This document shows positions 1 to 12,079 of a stretch of DNA of 64,000 nucleotides, piece after piece; the first letter of the stretch is position 1, and each line of letters starts with the position of its first letter. Both the position numbers and the translations under genes were made by a program. The notes beneath the pieces were generated by a model. That model saw only the letters and a list, made by a program, of their open reading frames with translations. It was not told the DNA's origin and did not search any database. Source of the DNA: Guillardia theta CCMP2712. Lineage: Eukaryota > Protista > Cryptophyta. The stretch covers positions 1 through 64,000 of the forward strand of contig NW_005434636.1 of NCBI RefSeq assembly GCF_000315625.1. Reading direction: 5' to 3'.

Positions 1-106
1 CCCTAAACCCTAAACCCTAAACCCTAACCCTAAACCCTAAACCCTAAACCCTAAACCCTAAACCCTAAACCCTAAACCCTAAACCCTAAACCCTAAACCC
101 TAAACC
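1..106. repeat. Telomeric repeat (CCCTAAA)n, i.e. TTTAGGG on the minus strand; left chromosome end
   Basis: About 15 tandem CCCTAAA units from base 1, with one CCCTAA variant at 22-27; C-rich strand at the 5' end as expected for a true terminus. Confidence 0.97.
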
Positions 107-682
107 GCCTCAGTCGGGAGAGTTGCCTCCGAGGCTCAGGGCCTCCCGAGTCGACGGTCCCCTTGAAACCCTACTAAGTTAACTTAAACCCATCGATAGG
201 AAACCCGGTCCACAGCCGGTGGAAACTTTTTAAAAGGTGAAGCGGTTAGTAAAACGTGTCCTTTCACATGGCATCGGTATGTTACATGCAATACATTACA
301 GTGAAGATATGACGAGAAGAAGATGCGGAGGGAGAAGAAGATGACGTGATGAGAATCAGAGGGAGAACAAGAAGAAGAGGTGACATGCGACAGGTTGTTA
401 ATGTGCAAGAATGTCACGCACATCTATTGTTCTCTCGCTGCGAGTTTTAGACCCGGTTGGGGCTAGGAAGAGGAGACGAGAAGTGTGACAGCTTACAACA
501 ACTGAATTTATCTTAGGACTGGTGGATCGATCGATATGTTAGGATGCTGCCAATGCAGCAACGGAATACGTTGTTATTTGGCCTTTTTTCTTTCCAGATT
601 TTCTCCATCTTAGCACTCATGGTAAGAAAGTTGCGCTTATTGCGAATTCCGATAAGAGGACACGCAGGTTCATCTTCATCAA

Positions 683-1135
683 GTGTCTGAAACGAAACCT
701 CGTGTACATGCTGATGGAGGGAGCCTCATGCGCTCTGGCAATCACAGACAGATGCTCGCCCAGCTTGAGTACCAGCAGAGTATGAGGGCTCGAGTCGTAG
801 AGCCTCATGTCGTAGAGCCTCAAGTCGTAGAGCCTCATGTCCTAGAGCCTCATGTCCTAGAGCCTCAAGTCGTAGAGCCTCATGTCCTAGAGCCTCAAGT
901 CGTAGAGCCTCATGTCCTAGAGCCTCAAGTCCTAGAGCCTCATGTCCTAGAGCCTCAAGTAAGGATGCCGCATGTAGTTTGGCCACATGTTTTTGGAGAT
1001 GAAATTCTTTCGACAAGTGGAGGTCCACCAGGATACTTGGACCAGGATGGGAAAAGTTTACTTCGGGGTTTGGACCAAGACTCCAGGGATGGCACAGAGA
1101 GTGTTGGCAGATTGCAAGGACAGTTCAAGACCTGA
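683..1135 (+). CDS. Subtelomeric hypothetical ORF/exon with V(V/L)EP(H/Q) pentapeptide repeats
   Basis: 150-aa ORF spanning a 15-bp minisatellite; no recognisable domain; may be only a final exon or non-coding. Confidence 0.3.
   Translation: MSETKPRVHADGGSLMRSGNHRQMLAQLEYQQSMRARVVEPHVVEPQVVEPHVLEPHVLEPQVVEPHVLEPQVVEPHVLEPQVLEPHVLEPQVRMPHVVWPHVFGDEILSTSGGPPGYLDQDGKSLLRGLDQDSRDGTESVGRLQGQFKT
794..958. repeat. 15-bp minisatellite GTC(G/C)TAGAGCCTCA(T/A) x11
   Basis: 11 consecutive units read directly; variation only at unit positions 4 and 15. Confidence 0.95.
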
Positions 1136-1526
1136 AGGAGATTGATGCTATCTTCTCTTTTTATGCATGTAAATTGTTGTATACTGGAACTGTTTGTTCA
1201 GAGTGAACAAGAGTGAACAATTATAACCTAAACTGAAGCATTCAGACGCTCAACGGGGTATAGAATTGGCATAGACACGCGACAACAGCCGAGAATCTGC
1301 TCAGCATAACATCTAATGATTGGAAGTGTACCAACATCAAAAGCAAACCATGTGGGTTTTCACGTACTGAATCAAGATTCGATGCCAGCGGGAGTTCTGG
1401 AAGACTGAAGTAACATGGGGGACAAGAGAAATCTCGAAACAGTAATATAGGAATATTTAACAACAAACAAGTTCAAATGCTTTCATTGAAAATACAAAGA
1501 AAAAACAAAAGGATATGATTCCACAT

Positions 1527-4245
1527 TCACAGAGAGTTATTGTACAATTCACTGGTTCCAGAGTATGAAGGTCCTTGAGTGCTCCCGCGATTTGGCACCA
1601 GAAGCATGCTCCGGTTGGTGACCTCCAACTGTAATTGAGTCAGAACATATTCAACATGATCACGACATTTGATGCAGAGAATTGCATGAAAAATTAAGAA
1701 TAACGTGTAACGGAGACAGATGAGCTAGGAGACACATCACCTGCTGTTGAAGTCTTGCCTTTGCTGTCTCAAGCTGCTGTTGAATGCCCTGCAGCTGATT
1801 GGCAAGTTTCGAAGCGACGTTAACGCCCTCGATGTGAGCCTGCAGGTTCGCTTGAATGCCAGCAGCTCGAGCCTGCAGCTGCTGAAATGGATTGATTTGC
1901 ATTGGAGCGAATTGTGCTTGTGCAACAGAGTCTGGGCGAGCTGCTGCAGAGTTGGCGCTAATATTGTGAAGCATATTCGAGCCCGCAGGTAGGTTTGACG
2001 CAACGTTAGATGCGGCCATTGCAGGAAATTGATTCATGACAGGCTGGCTGGCCTGCACGTTGTTTGAACCCAAGAAGGAAGCAAGACCCGATAGATCGTT
2101 CAAACTAACATTGACACCATTAGGAACATCTGCGTGCTGAGTTTTTGGTGCCCCCGCTCTCCCAGCTGATGCTTGACCATTGGCCTTCGCCTGGTCCATT
2201 CCTAACTTGTTCGACCCCCCCGGCAAGAGGTGCTGAACGCCTGAGCCCTTGCTCTCTACAGTAACATTGAGGCATGACGTTAATCCTCCAAGCCCATCTT
2301 CTACTCCTGCATCGCACAAAGATGAAGGACGGCAGGCATCCAAGCCACTGGTTCCGAAAGTTGCTAGGCAGCCTTCTCCCCCGGCAACAACTCCGATGAC
2401 AGATTTAGGCTGCTTCTCGTTCTTTGAAAATGTCTTGGAGGGGCTTGAAGCAGAAGAAGACAAGCCCATGTAGCCCGCAACGGCCTCAGAAGTGATAAAA
2501 GGCTGAAAAACAGTCTCAGCCGAAGCCTGCAGAGTCCTGACGAGCTCAGCGCCCTGCAAGCTTCTGGTCTCAAGCTGAACCAAAGGCAGGTCTGTCTCCC
2601 TTGCAGCATCAAAAAGAAACTCCCTTGAGACCTTCAGCCTATCAGACGGACATACGCCAAAGCTCAGGTCTGTGGGACAGTCCTCGGGCTCCATGAGCGA
2701 CCAAAAGTGAGTGACGCAGATCAAATTTCCAAACTGTCCGAAAGTTCGCTTCTGGTGAGCTCTCACAAACACAGGCTGATCACTGTTTTGAGGCACGATG
2801 CGCAAGACAGAGCTGTACTGTACTGGCATGAAGGAGCTCATCAATCCAAGGATGAAGCTCACATACTCAGATGCAGACAGGGCCAAGGGAACTTGGCAGC
2901 AGGAGATCTGATGAAGAAGCTTGTCTCTGGTAGTCCCTAAGATGGATGCAAATGCTTGATTCATGTACAGGCTTGACGCCTGGCCTGTGGAAGGACAGTA
3001 CTCGACTCTGAATACACCTAGTGACGGGTGCGAATTGCACATGTCACATTCCATGGCGTCAATCCGAAGCTCTCTATCCTCTGCCATCAGATGTTTCGAC
3101 AAACTTCCCGCTCTTGGTCTTGAAACTTCCTTGTGAATGTCGTACAACCTGAATTCATCAAGAAATGATATCAGTTCACGAAAAAAGGATCCAACAGTTA
3201 CAAACCTTTGTACTGCAGTGAGTCCCTTGCTAAGCGTTTCAAAAAGGGAAGCAGGCAAACCCATGAGCATTTGAACAATCTTTGCCAGCATGTCAAAAAA
3301 ATCCGAGATATGAAAACCAAGTTGACCTGATCTTTTTTCCAACCTAACTCGATCAATGGCATTTTCTCAGCCAAATGGCGACAGCGATTAGCCAACGAGG
3401 TTGTCTCATCGCCACATTCACTAAAACATCCATGAGTCTCTGCCGATCTAATGTGTACTAATGTACTCACAGTTCAATAGATCTTTGCTGGAGAGCTCCT
3501 TGCCTTTTATGTTCGGGTCGTATTTCAATTACTTCTTTGGAAACCACTGGCAGTTTCAGAACGCCACGGATGGTCTCGAACGAAACCTTCCAATAGAGTT
3601 GAGGGACGAGAATAAAAGATCAAGATAGTACCTCATCGATGCATCTATGGCTGATATCCCTAGATTTGCACGTTGAACAAGGTCTTTGCTCATCACATTT
3701 CATTTTGGCTCTCCGACATGGCTGGAAATAACATGGGTGAGAAACACGAGCGGAAAAGTTGACAGGATCACACCTCGCATGCGCGACCAACTTGCTCTCG
3801 TCTTTTTCTATTCTGCACAGTATCTGCATCAAGTCTCCGACGCTTCAAAGCATTCGTCGCGCTCCCTGGCAGAATTTCTTCAACCGAATCCTGATTGGTC
3901 ATTGCAAGGTGATCTGAATCCTTGCTTGCAGCTTTACTCATATCCTTCTTGGCACGGCTTTGCGTGTTGTTGTCCTGGTTTCAAATGCCAGGACGAAAAT
4001 GATTTCGTTTCAGCCGTTCTTGTTTTGAAGTGTATCGTGATTGTTGTTTTCCGAATAAAAAGATCTGATTACCCGCGAGTCCAACCTGTTCCGACAAGTG
4101 TCAATGAAGCTAGTAAGAACAATTTTTGCAAGATTTTTTTTGTAAAAAATAATAAGTGCAACGAATTTCTTCTGATACCTTCCATAGCTATCTTAAAAAT
4201 GATATTCGCACCATGGACAATGTACCGGCAAATGAGGAAAGCCAT
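1527..4245 (-). CDS. Zn(II)2Cys6 binuclear-cluster transcription factor with PAS-like segment and Q-rich tail (multi-exon; start uncertain)
   Basis: Removing GT-AG intron 3773-3722 gives ACEPCRRAKMKCDEQRPCSTCKSRDISHRC (C-x2-C-x6-C-x5-C-x2-C-x8-C). The large exon 1660-3342 has YMNQAFASILGTTRDKLL (PAS-like) and a Q-rich C-terminus. Confidence 0.8.
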
Positions 4246-5189
4246 CACAAAGCGAATTCGTAGATCATTTCGACAATTTCGACTATCTATCAACGGTCGA
4301 GAATAAACAATATTGGGAGATCAGAGGGGTTTCAAGTCTACAATGAGTTTTCATCCGATCTGTTGACTCTCTGCAATTGCAGCATGCGCACGACATTGGG
4401 ACATTGGCTGCATGTGGCAGGAGCCGCACTCAAAGCCATTGACGAGCATGGGAGGATTCTGTAAGGGAGTCGGACCAAAAAGAAGGGGTCGGGTAGTTGC
4501 GACAAGGGGTGTTCAAAAAATTAGATCTGGTTTGCTTTCCTGGGGTGGGTTCATGGGAGGTTGTAAAATGGAGGGTAGGGGTACACATTGATAGGTGCAT
4601 ATCCGGTAGGGTGTTTTGCCTCCTTGAGGGGCATATACAAAAATCTAGACCGTCAAGAAATCATAGGTTTTCTCTATGTAATGAAATGGCACTACCATTG
4701 CTCCTCATGTGTGGCTTTTAACAAACCGGGCTTTCGACCTAGGTACCCGTGTAGAAGTTTGGGCTAAACTTCAAAACAACGGGGGTGCTACAAAAAGGGG
4801 GGTAGCGAATGAGGGATCAGAATATCCCGGGTAGGTAGGGTATCTCAATTGAGTACAATGAAGGGGGTACCTCCAGATGCCTTTAAGACACGATAGTAAA
4901 GCTAAACAAAAAAAATCAACAGGACAGAATGTCCCATTCCTTCTGAATTTGTGAGGCGCAGACTACGTGAATGCCCCAAGGTTCTTTTTTTCTGGCCCAT
5001 TTCACCACCTTAGCAGGCCAACACCTATAGTCAATCTCTTCACTAGCCCCCGGGATGGTCTAGTCATGCGCCTCGCACGGATGCCACACGGACCCTCCAC
5101 GGTGACACCACCCCCACCCTCCAAAAGTATAGAAAACCGAGGGACTATTTTGAAGTTTGGCTCTTTTAAAACTTGATGTTTATAAAACA

Positions 5190-5741
5190 ATGATGAAAGA
5201 TGGGAAAAGAAGATCTTTCGACTCATATGCCCGGTCAAGAAAGGAGTCTACCTCCGAGATAAGATTTGAGGTTTTTGAGTTTGCTATGAAGAAACCCCTT
5301 TTTTCTAAACTTTTCAAGAATATTTCAAAAATAATTTCAAACAATCTCCAGAAAGCAATCAATTCTACAAACTGATCACAGTCGATTCATATGACTCTCA
5401 CGGCGAAAAGATACCACCCCTCCTTGAAGCTGGGATTACGAATGGGTGAACTTCTAGAAAAGATGCAACGGTTCAACAAGTCAAACAAGCCAGACCTGTA
5501 CAATTGTTTTAGCCGAATCCGTGTCAGGAGCTCCGCAGACATGACGAAACAGATCGTTGTGTTTAAAGAGCCAATGATGACCTTGCATTCGAAACTAGAA
5601 CTTATCAAATCTTGATATGTAATCGCCAGTCATCCAAGAGGTCAAACGACCTGGAACAAAACGTACGCCGTGCCGCACATAAAGCTCCCTGAGACTTTTA
5701 CCACCGACCACGCTCATGATTGTCCTCGTACTGATTTTTAA
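5190..5741 (+). pseudogene. Decayed intronless AT-rich reading frame of unknown origin
   Basis: ORFs 5157-5375 and 5391-5615 are in the same frame and continue to TAA 5739-5741; interrupted only by two TGA codons. Confidence 0.4.
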
Positions 5742-5769
5742 CTTAACTTTGAGTATGAAGTTACAGCCT

Positions 5770-6610
5770 TCAACTGACTGAAACCGTCACTCGCCGCCCG
5801 GTCCGATCGGACGCCGGCGGGATGCCGTGGCCGCGCCGGGCACTGACCGGCGCGGCTTCCGAGCGGCCGGACCGTACCGTACCGCCGGTCACGGTACTAC
5901 CGTACGGTAGAGGGCGGCGCGGGACTGATGAGCCTGAGGAGTCACTGTGGCGGCCGCCCGGCGTACCGCAGTCACGCACGGCGGCCGGCCGCGTCCGAGC
6001 CACATGCGGCCGGCGGCGCCGCGGCGCCCGGACTCGAGTGTGTACTCACACGATGCCAATGCCATGATGCCATGACTCGGAAGTTACGGTTCAGTGATCG
6101 GATGCTAAGCGGCCGCTTTTGAAGTCACTGGGTCACCGTTAAGTAAGTTCACTGAACTTCGGAACGCCGGATTTCAAGTTTGCGGCCGCGTGCCGCTCAG
6201 TGTCGTGCGGGTGCCACCCGGTGCCCGGGCCGTCGAACTCAGTCAACTTGTGACTTGAGCCTGAGTGCAAAGCTACAGGCTAGGCCCGGCCCGGCCAGGG
6301 GCACATAGCCCGGGCCGGGCCTCCAGTAGCCGCCGCCTCAGTTGTTTCAGGGAAGTTCCTGCGGCCCTCCTCACGGTCTGTCACTGCCACTGGCACGATC
6401 CGAGGCTCAAGGCCGCCGTGCCGTGGGCGGACTCCCAGTGGCCCACGTGACTGCTACTGGGCCGTGCTGTCCACGACACGCCAGGCTGATCCAGCTGGGA
6501 GACTTTGCTGAGTTTGCAGTCGTAACTATGGCACTGCAGGCCAGACGGTCATGATGCTTCTGCTGCGGCGTCACGCGGTTGGCGGCAGTCACCGTGCGGC
6601 CGCGGCATCA
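5770..6610. other. GC-rich scrambled palindromic-motif island (CCGG, GGCC, GACTC/GAGTC, CACTG/CAGTG, AAGTT/AACTT)
   Basis: Sharp compositional shift; the same motif vocabulary recurs at ~11480-11880, 28040-28110, 34320-34440, 35400-35660 and 54230-54500. Confidence 0.6.
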
Positions 6611-8305
6611 CTGGGGCTGCGAATCACGTGATAACACGTTGTCAACCGCTTGCTTTATGCGTTCGCCCCACAGTCTGTGCCCCTGCAAAAGATTATAATT
6701 TAACCGCACATCGCTGCAGATTGATGCCAAAACTTCAACCTCTGCTGATGGATGCAAAAAATCTGGCATGAGGGATCGTGGAATCGCAGAAACTTTGCTG
6801 CTAAAAAGACAAAGTTCACATACCATCTGCAAGTTTTTCAGTAAAGCAGAAATGTCTACCTGGAAGCTGATCCATTGAAGATATCCCATGCATCAATATA
6901 CAAGATATTGTTAGAATCCTTTCTCAGCAAAATCAGCACCAGGACGACCTCAAAACACCTCGTATACCTCTTTGGCAAGGATTTTCATTCCTTGATTCAC
7001 TTCTATCAATCTCCTGCTGAAAATGTTTGTCGCTAGTTCTAGGCTACCAGTGGACGATCTCAACGCTCTTGGCAGCAACCCCAGCAACACGATCTGCTGC
7101 AGTTTTCAGCGCTGTGCAAGCAACAATGAGGAAACCTTAGCTTTCGGACGCAGCCGTTTGACGGTTTTGACTACCTTTTGCACTCCTAGTCAAAGTGTAA
7201 AAATATTCAAGAGTGGTGAATCTGGAATAGCCACCAAGGTTGGTTTCATGTGACGTGCATCCGGCACCGAGATTGTTTGTTCCTTGATCGGGATTAATCC
7301 CTGGCATTCTCAAGGAGGAAGATGAGCACCGATAGCCAGGATGATGATCTTAGGCTGTAGTTCCGGGGCATGCTGAAGCTCACAGCTCTGCTCATCTCTT
7401 CAGAATGATCTCAATCTTTCCTTGATTCCTACTTCAAGCCTCCCGAGAAGATGTTGCGTTTGATCTCCTGAAATTCCAAGCGCCAAGTAGGAAGTCTTTG
7501 TGGTGTTCCCCTAAAGCAAATCCATTCGTCAGGAGATGGAGGTATCCAAATGTGAGAGAGGACTGGACCTTTGCGACGAACAAGGAGTTCCATACACGAG
7601 GAACTCCCTATTAGGTGCACACATAGACAAGAGGGAGGTGTGACCGGAAAGAATACATGGAGAATGAAAGGGTAATACAAACAAGTCAGTGTTGCAATTA
7701 GACTCAAATCAGCAAGTTAACAAAGGAACCTCTGCCCTATCCGAAACCATTCCGATACTGGTGCCCCTCCAAGCCTGGCCTCAGGTCAGTTGGAGCGGGT
7801 CAGTTGGAGCTCTCTACTCCACACACCTCTGTGATAGAGTCTCCATACCACACAACATCGATGCCTGCAGCTTTTCTTGCGTCCCGACATAGGGTTTGGT
7901 GGAATTGTTCCCATCCTGTTCATGACGGAGAAGTAGTGGGTAGAAAAAAGATAGTAACATGTCAATATCCATATCACGATGAGGTGTAAACAAACCTCGG
8001 TTTGATCGTCGCTTGTGTGGCTCATCTGCTGGAAATGTGCAAAAACAGCGATCATACGCTAATTCTTTTTTCGGGACACATCCCCTTTTCTTCTCTTGTA
8101 CAGCAGAGCTTGCGTTGTATCCTCCCTGCGTTCCTATGCTTGCCCGCAAGAGACTCGCACTGGCGCCTCTAGGGGGGAGAGAGCGTCTGGGAGGAGCCAG
8201 CTGAGACGAGGACGACGCCTGTTTGGATGCAGGGACATGCATCAGCGACGGCAGCAGCGCCGCTCCCAGCAGGGCCCCGAGCACAACAGGCAGGCCTCGA
8301 TCCAT
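6608..8305 (-). CDS. Hypothetical multi-exon protein with N-terminal signal/anchor
   Basis: MDRGLPVVLGALLGAALLPSL hydrophobic N-terminus (ORF 7814-8305) plus downstream coding-like minus-strand ORFs 7429-7707 and 6608-6889. Confidence 0.4.
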
Positions 8306-9108
8306 GCGGCATCCACAGGAACAACCTTGAACTCATCGCCGTTACATGTGTACAAGATTGACGTAACCGTTTTGCGGAGGCTTAGGCCGCAGAAGATGGT
8401 GCAAGTGAGACAGGGGGTGGGGTGATCTGAATGGTAAATTAGGGGTACTGTTGTGATCATTTGACTGGGTAGGGGTAGTTCTTGGCGACGGTGGGTGCGC
8501 AGAAAAGAAAGCATCCTTTCAGGGAACAAAGATGAAGCCAACAAAGACAAGAAACAGCAGGGAAGCTGCAGTGGTGCACGTAGGAGAGCGAGATGATGAG
8601 ATAGGAATGCAGAAAAGGGTGACATGGACGAGAATAAGGCGATGAAGCGAAATCAAGGTGCGGGGAGCGGGGAGCAAAGGCGCTTGGAGCGGGGAGCAAA
8701 GGCAGGAACAAAGGGGATTACAAGGGTGTGAAATACAGTCAGCGATGAACAGCTTGAAGTTGAGCACGGAGGATGGGGGGACAAGAAATGAAGGGGGAAA
8801 GGAAAGGGGGAGGGGGCGGGGAATGAAGTTGTGTAGGAGACGATCAAAACAAAATGACCTATGAAGAGTATGTAGTTGAATCTGATCGATGGTGATAAAA
8901 TGATGTGGTGGTCATTTCCTTCGTGCCGTGGGTCAAGAGAAGTGGGTAGAGATTGATATTGATGTGAGCACGATGTTGCAAAGGTACAAGGAGATGCTCA
9001 GGTATGTGTAAGAGATAGCACGCGGCGAATTGAAGGAAGCGGATGGATCAATCTCCTGCATATTCTCGTTTCAATGTGATAAGTTAAGTTGATTGGAGCA
9101 GGACAGCA

Positions 9109-11446
9109 ATGAGTTCTACAACGGTGTCCAACATGCTACATGACATGGACGACATGATGATAGCATCGTTGCTGTCGTATCTCCCTGGTTCCAAGTTCTT
9201 GTTGGCCTCTAAGGTTTGCAAGCGGTGTGATCGATGGTTTGGCTGTTCCACAGCAGAGAGCTGATGCGATGACGAAGGTGGCACGAAATCATATGGAAGC
9301 ATGAAGATAATGAGGGTCTTTGGCGGTAAAGCGGAGGTTGGTGGTTCCATCACACGATAAAGCATGGACATTAGGTCATTATACGAACGCGATATACAAA
9401 GTTTTGAACCCTTAGTATCAACTCCAATAGAGGGCAAGCCAAGGTGATGCTGTTGCTCTACGGAGAGTTCTCAACTATTGTCAGGATCCGCGATTTGTAT
9501 CTCCGCAAACTTGTGTCGAGGAGTCTGATTCATCCAGAATGGAAGCGAGTATGACAATGCGATCTGAAATACTTGTCTCTCATACCTAGCTGGTTTACAG
9601 ATAGCTCCCCAAAACAGCCGATCTAGAACCTCAATGTGCTCTAAGTTTTCTCATTCTCTGCTCTATTGACACTTGATAGCGTGAGGCTGCAGAGGCAAGG
9701 AGCGGCAGGGGCGTCGTTCACCTTCAAGGGTGCAAGTGCAGTCGTTGTCTTCGGGTTCAGAAATCGTTCTCCCACATTGTGTTAACGCTTCTCTAGAGGT
9801 TGGACGAAATATAACAGCATTGAGAATGACGTAACAATGCTAGTGTGCTCTGAGGTTGTGTAAACCGCCTTGCCATATTCTGGTGATCCTTTTGTAATTC
9901 AGGACTGCAAGAAGAGACTGATGTGGATTCCCGTGAAGACCTCGAACAACCCTCTGCCAACTTATGGTTCGACCATCACAGCTTTTGAACATCCCAATCA
10001 TGGTATTCACACCTGGTTTTCGCTCTTTTCATCAATGATTCTTGTCAGAATTTGCATTCGCGTTATATGGAGGCGTTTATGCTGGAGGATACCAAGGAGC
10101 AGTTAGCAATCTACACCTGCTTTTGCCGTGTGAAGAGATCGATGACTCGTGTGTGTCTGGTACGATACAGGTAAAGCAATCTTCGTTTTCTTTGGGTGGG
10201 TGAAAGTTTGCAGGTACCCAGCTCGTCTTCTGCATGTTTGACTGAAGTCCCAAGAATGAGGTTAGCATAGTGTGAAGAACAACAATAAGTGACTGGATGC
10301 TTAGATGGGTTAAACCCAAGCAAGCCTCCTCTTTCGCATCCTTGGGAACTCCTCGCGCTTATCATACCGCCACGTACTTTCACAACAGGAAAACAAACAA
10401 GAGACAGATCCTCGTCTTCGGCGGCTTTGCTGAAGGGATTCCTCTAGACAACCTGGAAAGTGCTGAGCTGGAGCTCTCGGAGGATGAGATGACTGCTTCG
10501 TATCCTCACAGCTGGAATTGGAATGAAGTTGCAGCGCTTGGGGCGCCTCCTTGCGCTCGCTTTGGTCACTCTGCTACTCTCTGCGGTCCAGACAACTCGA
10601 GGCTCATCATAATCGGAGGCTGTACCGGAGGGCACAATCACAAAGGCTACGGCACAGACGGAGAAGAGCTTCGTGATGTGTTTGTGCTCGACCTGGCTGG
10701 CGATGTTCCAACCTGGTCGCAGCCTCAGATAGCAGGAACAATTCCAGACAATTGCGTGTCGCGGTGTCATAGCGCAGTGAGCTTGGGGCATCAGATCCTG
10801 TGTTTTGGAGGAGGACGGTCATCTCGTCTCAACGACAAGGTGGTTGCTCTTGACACCCTCAAGTTCACTTGGAAGCAACTCCAAGTCATGGGCGAAGCAC
10901 CTTGCCCGCGTCAGAATGCTATCATGCTGCCTGTAGAAGGAGGCTCTGAGGTCTTCTTGTTGGGAGGGTGGAGGAAGGAGGAGCTTGGCGACTGTCACGT
11001 TCTCCGATTTGGGGGACTTAATGATGAAGACTATGTCTTCAGCGACGCCAAACGGTCAAGCGAGGAAGATCAGGATTGGCAAGACGACCCCATCGAAAGT
11101 GAGAGAGATCTTTTCCTCAAGGTAATCCTTCTCCACAAAGGGCATTCTTTCTGACTGATGATATCAGCTTCATCCTTTAGCGCGTCACTGGTTTATTCAT
11201 CGTGAAGAATTTCAGCATGAATTCGTTGGAGATGACTACGACGACGAGTATATGGAAGAGGACGAGGAGGACGACGACGAAGATGACGATGGAGATGAGG
11301 ACGAGGAGGACGATGACGAGAATGACGACGAAGACGAGGACAACGGGGACGAGGACGTCAATGATGCTGAAGCTGAAGATGATATGAAGGCGCAGAACTC
11401 GAAGGAAGAGATTGACATAACTGAGCCAATGGACTCCCAGGATTGA
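9109..11446 (+). CDS. F-box/kelch-repeat protein with acidic C-terminal tail (multi-exon)
   Basis: Spliced N-terminus LHDMDDMMIASLLSYLPGSKFLLASKVCKR-WHEII (F-box); kelch motifs PRAYHTA..ILVFGG, ARFGHSA..IIIGG, RCHSAV..ILCFGG in 10297-11154; D/E tract 11252-11446. Confidence 0.85.
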
Positions 11447-11479
11447 CAAGCACCGGTGGGGGGCATCACGGTCCATCAC

Positions 11480-11880
11480 TTAGCGACGTCAAGACCGGAC
11501 CACTTTCGGGACCGCAGTAGGCCACATGACTGGCTGTCCTTCGGCAGTGCCCGGGCCCACTGTGGCCAGTGTGCGGACTCCTGACTCGGGAGCAGTGATC
11601 GGACTGCGGCAGTCAACGTTCGGTCGCCTGTGGAGCCTACTTGAACTGACCGTACTGTTGACCAACACTGAATTGCCATAAGTTGCATTGAATAATCCGA
11701 AAGCCTAGGGCACACAACTGCTGGGGCTCGACCGTGACTGGTCGGAGTCGGAGTGACTCACGGTCCCGGACTCACTGCGGCCGCCTGTTTTCACTGAGTG
11801 CCACGGGCCCGAGACTCGGCGCGGCCGCTGAGCAGTGGCCGGCTTGAGTGCCGGTGGCACGGTGGCACTGAGGGCCAGTC
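11480..11880. other. Second GC-rich scrambled palindromic-motif island
   Basis: Dense CCGG/GGCC/GACTC/CAGTG motifs with no coding signal. Confidence 0.55.
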
Positions 11881-12079
11881 GCTACAGCAAGCTTTGAAAA
11901 ACAAATGATGTTCTATTAAATATATATGTATGTATAAAAGTAATTTTATATCATCGAGGGCCTCTGAACGCAGTAGAAGGATCTAACGGCGATAAGAACG
12001 AGATATGATGACTTCGGACTCTTCACACCAGAGGTTGCCAATAAATTAATAATATACCATTAAGGTTTTCAAGACCTGA

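Noticed and set aside
5190-5741. Selenoprotein read-through of TGA
   Set aside because: The TGAs are not in a redox-motif context and no SECIS could be identified
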